DNA of 50,701 nucleotides, taken from positions 1 to 50,701 of the forward strand of contig JAUWCZ010000002.1 of NCBI GenBank assembly GCA_030609055.1, in the 5' to 3' direction. Each line of letters begins with the position of its first letter. Position 1 is the stretch's first letter. The translations under genes were made by a program, and so were the position numbers. This DNA comes from Chloroflexota bacterium (GTDB lineage Bacteria; Chloroflexota; Anaerolineae; Anaerolineales; UBA11858). The notes beneath the pieces are model-generated. The model did no database searches. It saw only the letters and a program-made list of their open reading frames with translations, and was not told the DNA's origin. Shown here piece by piece: positions 1 to 9,850 of the stretch.

Positions 1-199
1 GCAGACGAATACCTCTCCCGCTGTACAGCGCATCAAGTTCATCAAACGCGTTTTTCACAACCCGGGGGGTAACATCCAGCAGAGTGCCGATCTGGTTGGC
101 GCTTATGGGTTCTGGAGACACAAAAAGGATTGCTTCCACCAGGGCGGTGAGATCAAGAGATTGTTTCTGATCCGAATCCGAGAATTTTTCTTCTGACAT
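1..199 (-). CDS. scpB: Segregation and condensation protein B, N-terminal part (gene runs off the left edge)
   Basis: Minus-strand ATG at 199-197. My translation is MSEEKFSDSDQKQSLDLTALVEAILFVSPEPISANQIGTLLDVTPRVVKNAFDELDALYSGRGIRL, which matches the conserved ScpB N-terminal winged-helix signature (EAxLFxSxEPxS...L). Confidence 0.75.
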   Translation of the reverse strand, partial: MSEEKFSDSDQKQSLDLTALVEAILFVSPEPISANQIGTLLDVTPRVVKNAFDELDALYSGRGIRL

Positions 200-261
200 G
201 CTATAATCTGGAATTAGAATGGTTCAGGAGGGATTTTACCCCTCTTCATTGAGTTAATACG

Positions 262-1887
262 ATGCAGATTTCTGTCATGAGATTATACCATTTTAATAAG
301 ATCGTTTTTGTAGCCTGTATTCTTCTAATTGGCGCATCAGCCTGCTCCTCTTCTCCTCAACCAATCCCTCAGGATGATATTTCTATCCAGATCGAAGCCG
401 ATGGTCAAATAATATCTACTACTGTTCCTGTTGGCAGCTCTGTTCAGACTGTACTGGAAACAGGTGGAGTGACATTAGCGGGGAAGGATCGGGTGGAACC
501 TGCAGTAACTTTAATACTTTCTGAGGATACTGTGATCCGGGTGATTCGGGTGGAAGAGATCATTGAAACAGAGCAGGTAGTAATCCCGTTTCAAGTGATC
601 CGCCAACCAACAGAAAACCTGCCTGTAGGACAGGAAAAATTACTCCAAGCGGGAAAGAATGGACTCAAGGAAATTGTTTCCGTACGCATTTTCGAAAACG
701 ATCAGGAAATATCCTTCGATGAGATCAACAGTATTGAGCTCGAGGGAGCAGTGGATGAAATCATTCTGGTAGGCGTTCAGTCCTCGATTGCCCCAATAAC
801 TCTTCCCAGCCCCCTGGTGTATTTATCCAATGGTAATGCCTGGCTGATGGATCAGTCGACAGCAAATCGATTTTTACTAGTTGCCACCGGAGATCTCGAT
901 GGCAGGATTTTCCACCTCTCAGAGGATGGGAATTGGCTCTTGTTTACCCGGGCAGAAGAAGATGAAGAAAGTATCAATTCCTTGTGGGCAGCAGAGATTG
1001 GATCCTCTGAAAACTCTCTGGTAGAGCTTCGTACCAGAGATGTGATTCACTTTGCGGATTGGGTCCCGGGATCTGTACAGGAGTTTGCCTATTCGTCAGT
1101 GGAAACCCGTGTCTCTGCTCCTGGTTGGCAAGCAAATAATGACTTGGTCATTAAGAGGTTCAGCGAGGATGGTTGGACCTCTACAGTAGATATCTTGCAA
1201 GAGACCAATTACGGTGGGGTTTACGGCTGGTGGGGGACGGATTTTCAATTTTCTCCTGATGGTGATTACCTTGCTTTTGCTAGTCCTGATCAGGTAGGAA
1301 TTATCCAGAGGCAAGATTCGGAAAAGTTAATCATTCTGGATATCATTCCATATAAAACTCAGGGTGACTGGGCTTGGATGCCAGGCATTGGGATTGGACC
1401 ACTCGGGAATGTAATATATTCTGTGGATCATGCTGCTCAAGAGGGGTCTCTATCCACCGAGGAATCTCCTGTATTTGATCTAGTAGCGATCCCCCTCACT
1501 GGCGGAGGTGTCAGGCGGATTGTTTATGATGTGGGTATGTTTGCCTACCCCAAACCATCTCCCGCACAGGTAAAACCCTCTGGAGAAGCATCTTACCAGG
1601 TAGCCTACCTGCAGGCGGTATTTCCTGAGCAAAGTGCAACCAGTAATTACCGGGTGGCTTTGATGGATAGAGATGGGTCCAATCAACAGCTGATCTTCCC
1701 CGCTCTGGACAAACCTGGCTTACAACCCTCAAGGGGGTGGGGCGCTTGGTCACCTAAGCAAGTTGAAAATGGGTCAGGATATCCATTGGCAGTGATCTAC
1801 GAAGGAAATATCTGGATTCTTAGCCCTGAAACTGGCGATGCCTGGCAGGTGACAGGGGACGGCCGGGTGCAGGCTTTGGAGTGGTAA
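262..1887 (+). CDS. Exported DUF348/G5-domain protein with a TolB-like beta-propeller C-terminal region
   Basis: 541-aa ORF with an N-terminal hydrophobic anchor and lipobox-like [13 protein letters not shown]348-like repeat ([33 protein letters not shown]) is followed by a G5-like segment ([34 protein letters not shown]). Propeller-type strings such as [10 protein letters not shown] follow. The start (ATG 262 vs 277) is unresolved. Confidence 0.6.
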   Translation: MQISVMRLYHFNKIVFVACILLIGASACSSSPQPIPQDDISIQIEADGQIISTTVPVGSSVQTVLETGGVTLAGKDRVEPAVTLILSEDTVIRVIRVEEIIETEQVVIPFQVIRQPTENLPVGQEKLLQAGKNGLKEIVSVRIFENDQEISFDEINSIELEGAVDEIILVGVQSSIAPITLPSPLVYLSNGNAWLMDQSTANRFLLVATGDLDGRIFHLSEDGNWLLFTRAEEDEESINSLWAAEIGSSENSLVELRTRDVIHFADWVPGSVQEFAYSSVETRVSAPGWQANNDLVIKRFSEDGWTSTVDILQETNYGGVYGWWGTDFQFSPDGDYLAFASPDQVGIIQRQDSEKLIILDIIPYKTQGDWAWMPGIGIGPLGNVIYSVDHAAQEGSLSTEESPVFDLVAIPLTGGGVRRIVYDVGMFAYPKPSPAQVKPSGEASYQVAYLQAVFPEQSATSNYRVALMDRDGSNQQLIFPALDKPGLQPSRGWGAWSPKQVENGSGYPLAVIYEGNIWILSPETGDAWQVTGDGRVQALEW

Positions 1888-1900
1888 AGAAGGAGAGAAG

Positions 1901-2854
1901 ATGAGAACTCTAGTCACAGGAGCAGCGGGATTCTTAGGGTCTCACCTGTGTGATCGGTTGATGAAGGAAGGGCATGAAGTCATTGGGATGGACAACTTCA
2001 TCACCGGAAGACCTGAAAATCTGGCTCATTTAGAAAACCAGGACCGTTTTACATTTATCCGTCATGATGTCTCGGATTTTATTGATATCCCGGAAGGTGG
2101 TGTGGATGCAGTTATGCATTTTGCTTCCCCTGCATCCCCCAATCCAAACTCTCCTTTTGGTTATGTAAATTTGCCGATTCAAACTATGAAAGCTGGAGCC
2201 CTTGGGACCCTAAACTCTCTTGGCGTTGCCCGGGCTTACAGCGCCAGATTTTTATTAGCCTCTACCAGTGAAATTTATGGAGATCCGCAGGTTCATCCCC
2301 AACCTGAATCGTATTGGGGTCACGTAAATCCAATTGGAGAGCGGTCAGTTTACGATGAGGCGAAACGTTTTGCAGAAGCATTAACGCTGGCGTACCACCG
2401 GTATCACGGGATAGATACCCGGATTGTACGTATTTTTAACACCTATGGACCCCGGATGCGGCAGGATGATGGTCGGGCGGTTCCCAATTTCATTCAACAA
2501 GCATTGGCGGGTAAACCGCTGACGATTTTTGGGGATGGATCACAAACTCGCAGTTTTTGCTATGTGGATGATCTGATAGAAGGGATATATCGCTTGTTGC
2601 TCTCGGATGAACACCGACCTGTAAATATCGGCAATCCAGATGAAATGACAATCTTAGAGCTGGCAAAAACTATAAATAAACTATTAAAAAACCCTGCAGA
2701 AGTGGTAGTGATGCCTGATAAGCGAGGTGAGGGTGATCCTCAACGCAGGCGTCCGGATATCACTCGCGCACAGAAGGTACTAAGTTGGAAACCAACAATC
2801 GGTCTTGAAGAAGGATTACAAAAGACCCTTCCATATTTCCAGGAAAATACTTAA
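1901..2854 (+). CDS. UDP-glucuronate decarboxylase / UDP-xylose synthase-like extended SDR
   Basis: 317-aa ORF preceded by AAGGAGAGAAG. It has the Rossmann motif [10 protein letters not shown] and a catalytic YDEAK (YxxxK), and is colinear with the UXS family throughout. Confidence 0.8.
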   Translation: MRTLVTGAAGFLGSHLCDRLMKEGHEVIGMDNFITGRPENLAHLENQDRFTFIRHDVSDFIDIPEGGVDAVMHFASPASPNPNSPFGYVNLPIQTMKAGALGTLNSLGVARAYSARFLLASTSEIYGDPQVHPQPESYWGHVNPIGERSVYDEAKRFAEALTLAYHRYHGIDTRIVRIFNTYGPRMRQDDGRAVPNFIQQALAGKPLTIFGDGSQTRSFCYVDDLIEGIYRLLLSDEHRPVNIGNPDEMTILELAKTINKLLKNPAEVVVMPDKRGEGDPQRRRPDITRAQKVLSWKPTIGLEEGLQKTLPYFQENT

Positions 2855-2860
2855 GTCTCT

Positions 2861-3331
2861 ATGAAACTCAAAAATCTACTCGACAATCCCCGTGAGCGGG
2901 GAAGATTCTTAAAATTCAGTGTTGTCGGTGCATTTGGCGCACTGGTAGATTTTGGTACGTTCCATCTCCTGATGAGCCTGATTGGGATTCCTCCTGTCTG
3001 GTCTCAGGTATTTTCTTTTACAGCAGCAATCACAAGTAATTTTATTTGGAATCGAGTCTGGACATACCCAGATTCAAGATCAAAACCTATCACACACCAA
3101 CTGTTTACCTTTTTTTTGGTAAACATCATTGGCCTGGGGATCAGGACACCGATATTTATCGGATTAGAAGAACCATTTCGAAGATTGTTTACCAGGGTTC
3201 CATTCCTGCCGGTAGGTATTGTGACTGCCGACCGCCTGGGATACACATTTGCACTGGGCGTTGCGGTTGTTGTGGTGATGTTTTGGAATTTTCTAATTAA
3301 TCGAATCTGGACGTATAACGACGTAGATTAA
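2861..3331 (+). CDS. GtrA-family membrane protein
   Basis: 156 aa with four hydrophobic helices. FLKFSVVGAFGALVDFG and two NRxWTY motifs are typical of GtrA-like proteins. It lies directly downstream of the sugar-nucleotide gene. Confidence 0.75.
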   Translation: MKLKNLLDNPRERGRFLKFSVVGAFGALVDFGTFHLLMSLIGIPPVWSQVFSFTAAITSNFIWNRVWTYPDSRSKPITHQLFTFFLVNIIGLGIRTPIFIGLEEPFRRLFTRVPFLPVGIVTADRLGYTFALGVAVVVVMFWNFLINRIWTYNDVD

Positions 3332-3392
3332 TCAGGAAATCGGGATTCTGATTCTAAATCCCCCAGATATTAACCCAAGAAGACCAACCTAC

Positions 3393-4169
3393 TCAAACCT
3401 CCCCAGGGTAATGCTTCTGAAATTCCTCCACAATCAACCATAAATCCCCCGGCAGAAACTGCTTGACTCCGTTGATGATATCTTCCGGTATCTCTCTGTA
3501 AAATGCCTGGGCTATAGCCCCTGCAATGCAGGCAAGTGTATCACTGTCTCCTCCCAGGGAGATCGCTTTTCTGATTGCATCTTCATAATTTATTGAGTCA
3601 AGAAAGGCGATAATCGCTTCTGGAACCGACCCCTGACAAGAGACATCAAATCTGTAACCAGGGCGGATGATATCCACAGTCCGGTTAAGATCATAAGAAA
3701 AATCCTTTGAGATTCTGGTTCTGATCTCGGACTTGGAAGCTCCCTGCCGGGCTAGAAAGATTGCCAGAGCAACTCCTTGCGCTCCTTTGATCCCTTCAAT
3801 ATGGTCATGGGATACCCGGGCGCTATTCTCGGCCTCCCGGAGGACATCTTGTTCTGTATTAAACGCAAAACCGATCGGGCTGACCCGCATGGCTGAGCCG
3901 TTGCCCCAGCTGCCATAAGGTTCGACTTTTTCCTCAAAAATCCATTTGTAAAAACTTCCCCCATACCCAGCCCGGGGATAGTTCCTACCAAAAGATTTCA
4001 TCACCAGACCATACTCCCGTTTAAGCAGAATTGCTTGGGCGACTGCCAGGGTCATTACGGTATCATCAGTAAATCGTGACTGGGGGTGGAAAAGAGGAAA
4101 TTCCATCGTTTTGATCGGGTGATGTTCGTATACTGAACCGATGATATCTCCTGCAATGGCTCCCAGCAT
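3393..4169 (-). CDS. ADP-ribosylglycohydrolase family protein
   Basis: 258 aa with an MLGAIAGDIIGSxYE N-terminus, FTDDT, and a C-terminal GGDSDTLACIAGAIAQA metal-site motif, all characteristic of the family. Confidence 0.8.
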   Translation of the reverse strand: MLGAIAGDIIGSVYEHHPIKTMEFPLFHPQSRFTDDTVMTLAVAQAILLKREYGLVMKSFGRNYPRAGYGGSFYKWIFEEKVEPYGSWGNGSAMRVSPIGFAFNTEQDVLREAENSARVSHDHIEGIKGAQGVALAIFLARQGASKSEIRTRISKDFSYDLNRTVDIIRPGYRFDVSCQGSVPEAIIAFLDSINYEDAIRKAISLGGDSDTLACIAGAIAQAFYREIPEDIINGVKQFLPGDLWLIVEEFQKHYPGEV

Positions 4170-4300
4170 AATACCTCCTAGAATTGAGGTGGGTATAGGA
4201 TTGATTTATCTAGAATCCTATGACATACTTCCATTCTTCGCAAGAGAAAAACTTCTAATTTGAGTATAATGAATGCAGATGAAAGACTTGAGGATTACCT

Positions 4301-5503
4301 ATGGATGAGAAAGAGACCAAGATTAACCAGGATGAACCTGAACTGATCACCAAAGTCGGTTCACTTCAGGAATTGCTTGAGCGTGCTTCAGGTGTGCGGG
4401 CAATTGTAGATCACGAGCTGGAGGATGCCGGATTAGCGGAAAGTATCCCTTTTCCGTTCTTAGCGCTAGTTGGACAACAACAGGTGAAGCTCTCGCTGTT
4501 GTTGTCCCTCTTGAATCCTAACCTGAGTGGCGTACTGCTGATCGGTCCGCGGGGAACAGGAAAATCAACCGCTGTGCGTAGTTTGGTGGATTTGCTCCCC
4601 GATGTAAAACGCAGTCTGTGTTATTACGGCTGTTTAGAAGAAGACCTTGAAACCGGAGGGATAGATGCAGTTTGCCCAGATTGCGCTAAAAAATATGGTG
4701 AGGGAGATCCACTCTCAAGGTTAGAAAAAATCCGTCTGGTTGAACTGCCGCTAAACGCCACACTCGAAGATGTAGTAGGTGGGCTAGATCCCAGAGCAAA
4801 AGCAAATTCCCGCTTACAGTTAAAGCGGGGTATCTTGTCCCGGGCAGACCGAAATTTACTCTATGTAGATGAGGTCAACCTGCTTAACGATCAGATTGTG
4901 GATGCTATTCTAGATGCCGCTGCCCAGGGGCAGTATACGGTTCGTCGAGGTCCGATGTCGGCAACCTACCGATCAAATTTCACACTGATCGGTTCCATGA
5001 ATCCGGAAGAAGGTCATCTCCGGCCTCAAATAATGGACCGATTTGGATTGCGCGTGGTTGTAGAGGGTTTGGAAAGTAAACAGGACCGGTTAGAAGCTTA
5101 TCAGCGGACTCGGGCCTATCGGGAAAGCAGCCGGGCTTTTGTTGCTCAGTATGCCTCTGCTACTCAACTGTTTAAGGAGGAAATCCAAGCTAGCCGGGAA
5201 ACTATGAAGGATATTGAACTACCTGAGGAAGTCGCCCAGACTGGTTTGGAATTGATCGAAAATCTAGAGGTGGATTCTCTCCGGGCGGAAATCACCTTGT
5301 TTGAAGCAGCCCGAGCCCATGCCGCGGCGGATGCCCGGGATCAAGTCACATTGGAGGATATCAGGGCTGTAGCTCCTATGGCTCTTCGGTTGAGGCGATC
5401 CAGCTTTATTGACCAATATATTGCCGACCAGAGTTCAGAAACCGAATTACTGGAAAAAGCCATCAACGAACTGATTCCTGGCGGGGATACCAAAAAGGAT
5501 TAG
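4301..5503 (+). CDS. AAA+ ATPase of the Mg-chelatase subunit I (ChlI/BchI) family
   Basis: 400 aa with Walker A GPRGTGKST, Walker B LLYVDEVNLL, and the ChlI-type FPFxAxVGQ N-terminal motif. A Cys4 insert, CYYGC...CPDC, is present. Confidence 0.7.
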   Translation: MDEKETKINQDEPELITKVGSLQELLERASGVRAIVDHELEDAGLAESIPFPFLALVGQQQVKLSLLLSLLNPNLSGVLLIGPRGTGKSTAVRSLVDLLPDVKRSLCYYGCLEEDLETGGIDAVCPDCAKKYGEGDPLSRLEKIRLVELPLNATLEDVVGGLDPRAKANSRLQLKRGILSRADRNLLYVDEVNLLNDQIVDAILDAAAQGQYTVRRGPMSATYRSNFTLIGSMNPEEGHLRPQIMDRFGLRVVVEGLESKQDRLEAYQRTRAYRESSRAFVAQYASATQLFKEEIQASRETMKDIELPEEVAQTGLELIENLEVDSLRAEITLFEAARAHAAADARDQVTLEDIRAVAPMALRLRRSSFIDQYIADQSSETELLEKAINELIPGGDTKKD

Positions 5504-5509
5504 CCGGTT

Positions 5510-6076
5510 ATGGGCAATCTATCAGTGATTGGGGGGAAAGCTAAAGGATTTAAACTGCAGTCTGTACCGGGAGGGGGAACCAGGCCGATTATGGCCATGG
5601 TTAAAGCCGCGTTATTTAATATCGTATCTCCTTATATCCTTGATTCTGCCTGGCTGGATTTATATGCCGGAACCGGAAGTGTGGGGATTGAAGCGCTCAG
5701 CCGGGGCGCGTCATTTGCCAGGTTTGTTGACGTTCAAAAAGCTGCCATCAAAACGATTCATGCCAACCTGGAGCACACCGGATTGGCAGATCAGGCTGAA
5801 GTCTGGCATAAAAATACCTATTCCGCCTTGGATGACCTTCCAGATCGCAGGTTTGATTTTGTGTATATTGCCCCGCCGCAGTTTAAGAACATCTGGTTTA
5901 AAACCCTGCAAACACTTGACCAGAATCCAGACTGGCTGGTGGAGGACAGCTGGGTAATCATCCAGATAGACCGGGTGGAATACGAGCAGCAAATCCTTGA
6001 TAATTTGAAGTTATTTGACCGCCGAACCTACGGCAGTACAGAATTGATTTTTTATATGGTGGCTGAGGGAGTTTAA
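5510..6076 (+). CDS. rsmD: 16S rRNA (guanine966-N2)-methyltransferase
   Basis: 188 aa with VIGGKAKGFKL..GTRP, the SAM motif LDLYAGTGSVGIEALSRGA, and an IAPPQF (DPPY-like) motif. Confidence 0.8.
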   Translation: MGNLSVIGGKAKGFKLQSVPGGGTRPIMAMVKAALFNIVSPYILDSAWLDLYAGTGSVGIEALSRGASFARFVDVQKAAIKTIHANLEHTGLADQAEVWHKNTYSALDDLPDRRFDFVYIAPPQFKNIWFKTLQTLDQNPDWLVEDSWVIIQIDRVEYEQQILDNLKLFDRRTYGSTELIFYMVAEGV

Positions 6077-6095
6077 TCCGGGGGATTATCTATGC

Positions 6096-6602
6096 TCAGT
6101 TTTTCGTAAAATCTACCACCAATTCCCCATGCTGGTTGTAATGGTAATGTGCAAAAAACGGATCGTCTCCCCGGGTATGGGCAATTACTCTGGGAAGCAA
6201 CACTGGTAAATCTTCAACCAGGTTTTTAGCCTGAATATCACTTATAGGCACCCACTCTAATTCACCTTCATTTGATACTTGAGGATTGCCCTCGGAGCAG
6301 ATCCCTTTCATGACATAGATGCCAATACCTATACTATCCCCTGAATCTACAGTTACTGTTCCGCACAACCAGAGTGCTTCAGGTGCTAATCCTGTTTCTT
6401 CCAGTAGTTCACGCTTCGCGGCAGTGAGTACATCCTCTCCTTGTTCAACATGTCCACCGACACCATTGTAGCGGTTGGACCACAATCGCTTATCCGAAGC
6501 TCCTTTTAATAACAAAACTGATTCCCCGCGGGTGATAAAAATCAACGTGCGGGGAATCAGCATATAACGGTCTCTACTAACTCCCTGGTCAGAGGCTGGC
6601 AT
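6096..6602 (-). CDS. NUDIX hydrolase
   Basis: 168 aa with the Nudix box GGHVEQGEDVLTAAKRELLEETGL. It sits directly downstream of the aldolase gene. Confidence 0.85.
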   Translation of the reverse strand: MPASDQGVSRDRYMLIPRTLIFITRGESVLLLKGASDKRLWSNRYNGVGGHVEQGEDVLTAAKRELLEETGLAPEALWLCGTVTVDSGDSIGIGIYVMKGICSEGNPQVSNEGELEWVPISDIQAKNLVEDLPVLLPRVIAHTRGDDPFFAHYHYNQHGELVVDFTKN

Positions 6603-6603
6603 A

Positions 6604-8064
6604 TTAATCCGCCAGATCTGTGGTATCTTCTTTTTTTACTCCCCCAAGCAAGTAATCTTCCAATTTGGGTTCGATTACTACCTCCTGGATATATTGATCA
6701 ACATATTTCCGGGTATCCGCCACGCCAAGACATTCAAATAAGTTACGGAATTGAACATCCCAGGCAGCGATGATTTTTGCCAGCTGATCATCGGCGATAT
6801 CCCAGATTTGTTTCTTGAATACTCCCAAGGCGCGTTTGCGAGTTTTGTAATAAAACTGTTCATCCGTTTGACCAGATTTACGTTCGTGGGTGTGATTTTT
6901 ATCCAGGTAGGCATATATTTCGCCCACAAGTTCCTCGGGCAGTTCATTATAGAGTATGTTTTGGAAATTGGTTGCAAGGTGGACTTCAAGGGTTTCATAT
7001 TCAGCAAATTTATTGAAGGCGCTTTCAGGCAGTGTTGAAGCGCCGTGTTGAACAGCACCGCCCAACCCGTAACTTTCCCGGGATACTTTCCCTAGATGTT
7101 TGAGGAGATCAAAATCCACTGCAACCTCTTTGATGCTGCCGTCAGGCAGAACCACACCACCGTGAGATGTACCGGTCAGAACACTGATTTTGCTTAATCC
7201 AACTACTCCTGGAGCTATCTTTTCGAGGTCGGTTTTATAGTTATCAAGAAAGGCCAGTAATTCTTCCTCAGTGGAGTTTTCTTCCCCGACTTCACCGATT
7301 TCTCCACCAATAGAGACTGTAATTCCCTCCGGTTCCAAATCCCGGATGTATTTGGAGAACATTGCTGTTAGCTCTGAGTTCAGGACTTGCTGTTCAACAA
7401 CGGATGCCTTACTCAGATCAACCAGCGTTGAGGCATCCACATCGATATTGTAAAAACCAGCATTTAACGCTTCCAGAGTGAGTTCCTTTACAGATTGGAT
7501 TTCCGGATCGGGATTTTCCTTATACCGCGAGGCGGAGATCTGGTAATGATCTCCCTGAATAAAAACCGGACCTTTGTAGCCGGCAGCTATAGCAGCGCCT
7601 AGAACATTGGCTGCATATTCTGAAGGTCTTTGATCAGTATATCCGGTTTCTGATCTGGCAATTTCAAATATATAAGCACCTGCGTCAGCCTCAATGGCGA
7701 TCTGAAAGATGATTTTCGCAGCATAAAAAGTAAGACCGCGCAGGTTAATTGCTGGTGTGGTGAAGTTATTTGGAATCTCACCCCGTCCGCGAGCGAGATA
7801 GAGATCATGGATAGAGTTTGGATAAACGCCAGCAGCTGCGGCAATTCGCCGGATGAGGTAGCGAGCAAGATATCGCCGATTTTCTTTTTCATCTAAGACA
7901 GCTGCTCGGACAAGCGCTTCAATGCTTCCGCGAAGTTTTTCCTCATCGAGGATGTTGATTTGGTTGTCTTTGAGCTCTACAGAGCCGTTCAAAAGTTGTA
8001 TAAGTTCCAGTTGCTGTTCAAGGTACATTTTATCTCCTATCAATGATTCATGACTCGATTTCAT
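6604..8064 (-). CDS. Class II (metal-dependent) ketose-bisphosphate aldolase family protein, long form
   Basis: The ORF is open to 8100. The start was chosen at ATG 8064 (MKSSHES), 8 nt after GGAGAGGG; ATG 8028 is an alternative. Family motifs present are FIQGDHYQ, IDVDAS, GGEIGEVG, GTSHGG and VQHGAST. Substrate is not determinable. Confidence 0.55.
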   Translation of the reverse strand: MKSSHESLIGDKMYLEQQLELIQLLNGSVELKDNQINILDEEKLRGSIEALVRAAVLDEKENRRYLARYLIRRIAAAAGVYPNSIHDLYLARGRGEIPNNFTTPAINLRGLTFYAAKIIFQIAIEADAGAYIFEIARSETGYTDQRPSEYAANVLGAAIAAGYKGPVFIQGDHYQISASRYKENPDPEIQSVKELTLEALNAGFYNIDVDASTLVDLSKASVVEQQVLNSELTAMFSKYIRDLEPEGITVSIGGEIGEVGEENSTEEELLAFLDNYKTDLEKIAPGVVGLSKISVLTGTSHGGVVLPDGSIKEVAVDFDLLKHLGKVSRESYGLGGAVQHGASTLPESAFNKFAEYETLEVHLATNFQNILYNELPEELVGEIYAYLDKNHTHERKSGQTDEQFYYKTRKRALGVFKKQIWDIADDQLAKIIAAWDVQFRNLFECLGVADTRKYVDQYIQEVVIEPKLEDYLLGGVKKEDTTDLAD

Positions 8065-8200
8065 TATAAACCCTCTCCATCTATCTGCAAGGGAAAGCAT
8101 TATCAGAACCCTGTTAATTCGAGTTAAGCAAGTCCCGGGTGCATGTGTTTTATCATGTATAATAAAAAATGCAGGAACGAGATTTCATAGAGGAGGAAAA

Positions 8201-8716
8201 ATGACTGATTACCAGAGCCAAATAGAATCCCAACGGGGCAAATTAAAAGAGTTGCTCCTAAAGGTACCCGGGTTTAAAGGGTACATCGAACTTGAAGACC
8301 GCCGCACTGCAGATAAAATCTTACGAGAGGCTGTAGCGGACCGTTTCCAGGAACAGCTGGACCGGATAACCGCAATACAGACTGAATTTGTCGATCAGGG
8401 TGACCTAGCGTATGTGGATGATCTTGAAACTATTGTGGTAAAAATTCGTACATTTATTGACAGGATCAGGCATGCTGCTTATGGCTATTCCAGTTTCTTT
8501 TCTGCCCTGAAAATCGATGCGGATGTGCTGGATAAAATCTATGATTATGATCAAGCCTTACTGGGGGGTGTAGATATCATTAAAAACACCCTGGAGACTC
8601 TGGCAGCAGCCGAGGATCCTGAACAAATCAAAGCATTGATTAAAGACTTGAAAGAATACGCTCAGGATATTGTGACAAAAGCAGACCAGCGCAAAGATGA
8701 AATCACCAATGAATAA
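8201..8716 (+). CDS. Hypothetical alpha-helical protein, co-oriented with the SPFH gene
   Basis: 171-aa ORF after a GGAGGA RBS. It is charged and helical (coiled-coil-like), and I recognise no family. Confidence 0.5.
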   Translation: MTDYQSQIESQRGKLKELLLKVPGFKGYIELEDRRTADKILREAVADRFQEQLDRITAIQTEFVDQGDLAYVDDLETIVVKIRTFIDRIRHAAYGYSSFFSALKIDADVLDKIYDYDQALLGGVDIIKNTLETLAAAEDPEQIKALIKDLKEYAQDIVTKADQRKDEITNE

Positions 8717-8747
8717 GTTTCAGATAAAGTAAAGAGGAGAAGACTCC

Positions 8748-9779
8748 ATGGCCAGGATTTTTGATGTAATTGAATACCCGAATGAGATGCAAGATGAACT
8801 GATACACCGTTTCCCGGAAGGGGAATCGGGAGATTTCCGGATTGGCTCCCAGGTGATTGTCCGTGAGTCACAAACTGCGGTCTTTTTCCGGGATGGAAAA
8901 GCACTGGATTCTTTTGGACCTGGACGCCATACCATTACCACAGCAAATATTCCCTTACTGATTAACTTAATTGAAAAAGCTTTTTCTGATAGAACGCCAT
9001 TTACCGCGGAGGTTTATTTTGTCTCCCGCCGGGAATTCCCTGATGAGAAATGGGGTACTCCCCAACCAATTATCGTCCGCAATCCCGGTATGGGCTTAGG
9101 CGTGGCACTGCTAAAAGGGTTTGGGACCTATGGTTACCAGATTTCTGAGCCGCAGCAGTTTGTAACACAGCTGGTCGGCGCGCAGGGAATCTTCCGAACT
9201 CAGGATATTGAAAACCGACTCCGCCATATATTACTGACCAATTTAAGCGATCTACTGGGTGATACAGCCCGAGAAAATGATGTCACAAATCTAGTTGGCA
9301 TGCTGAATGAAATCAGCGCCTCCGTTCGGGCAAAGGCCAGTGATCAGTTTGCAGCCTTGGGATTGGAGTTAAAGACCTTCTTAGTCGCAAACCTGCGTCC
9401 CTCCGAGCAATCCATTCAAGAACTTCGCGATATGGGTGTGCTGGATTTGGAAACCTATACTCGCCTGCAAGCAGCGGATGCCCTGCTTGAGGCAGCTCAA
9501 AATCCCAGCGGAGGTGCAGGATTAACAGCTGGTATTGGTGCTGGAATGGGAATTGGAAATATTATCAACCAATCGCTTCAAGATATGACGGGCGGTGCAG
9601 CCGCTGCCGCTAGTGCAGTGCTCCCGGACGTGATGAGCCCGGCCGAAGCAGCTCAAGTCCTGAAGGTCTCCGAGGAAGATGTACTGGCTGCCATTAAAGC
9701 TGGCGATTTAAAAGGTAAAAAACTTGGCAAGGCTTACCGCATCAGTAAAGAAGCTCTGAAGGCTTTCTTAAATGAATAA
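8748..9779 (+). CDS. SPFH-domain protein of the YdjI/COG4260 type with a C-terminal excisionase-type HTH
   Basis: 343 aa. The N-terminal ~280 aa are colinear with B. subtilis YdjI-like proteins (VIEYPNE..LIHRFPE..VIVRESQTAVFFRDGKALDSFGPGRH..AEVYFVSRREF..KWGT). The last ~50 aa (MSPAEAAQVLKVSEEDVLAAIKAGDLKGKKLGKAYRISKEALKAFL) look like a MerR/excisionase HTH_17 domain. Confidence 0.7.
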   Translation: MARIFDVIEYPNEMQDELIHRFPEGESGDFRIGSQVIVRESQTAVFFRDGKALDSFGPGRHTITTANIPLLINLIEKAFSDRTPFTAEVYFVSRREFPDEKWGTPQPIIVRNPGMGLGVALLKGFGTYGYQISEPQQFVTQLVGAQGIFRTQDIENRLRHILLTNLSDLLGDTARENDVTNLVGMLNEISASVRAKASDQFAALGLELKTFLVANLRPSEQSIQELRDMGVLDLETYTRLQAADALLEAAQNPSGGAGLTAGIGAGMGIGNIINQSLQDMTGGAAAAASAVLPDVMSPAEAAQVLKVSEEDVLAAIKAGDLKGKKLGKAYRISKEALKAFLNE

Positions 9780-9797
9780 GTGCCTTTAAGTTAAAAT

Positions 9798-9831
9798 AAA
9801 AACAACCTGGAGAGTCCTCCAGGTTGTTTTT
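9798..9831. terminator. Bidirectional rho-independent terminator between convergent genes
   Basis: AAAAACAACCTGGAG-AGTC-CTCCAGGTTGTTTTT, a perfect 10+ bp stem flanked by A-run and T-run. Confidence 0.8.
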
Positions 9832-9850
9832 GTTAATTAGCTACAATTTT

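Noticed and set aside
199-207. TGCTATAAT extended -10 box overlapping the scpB start, as a promoter for the 262 ORF
   Set aside because: It is plausible, but there is no convincing -35 box and it overlaps a start codon. That is too weak to list as a feature.
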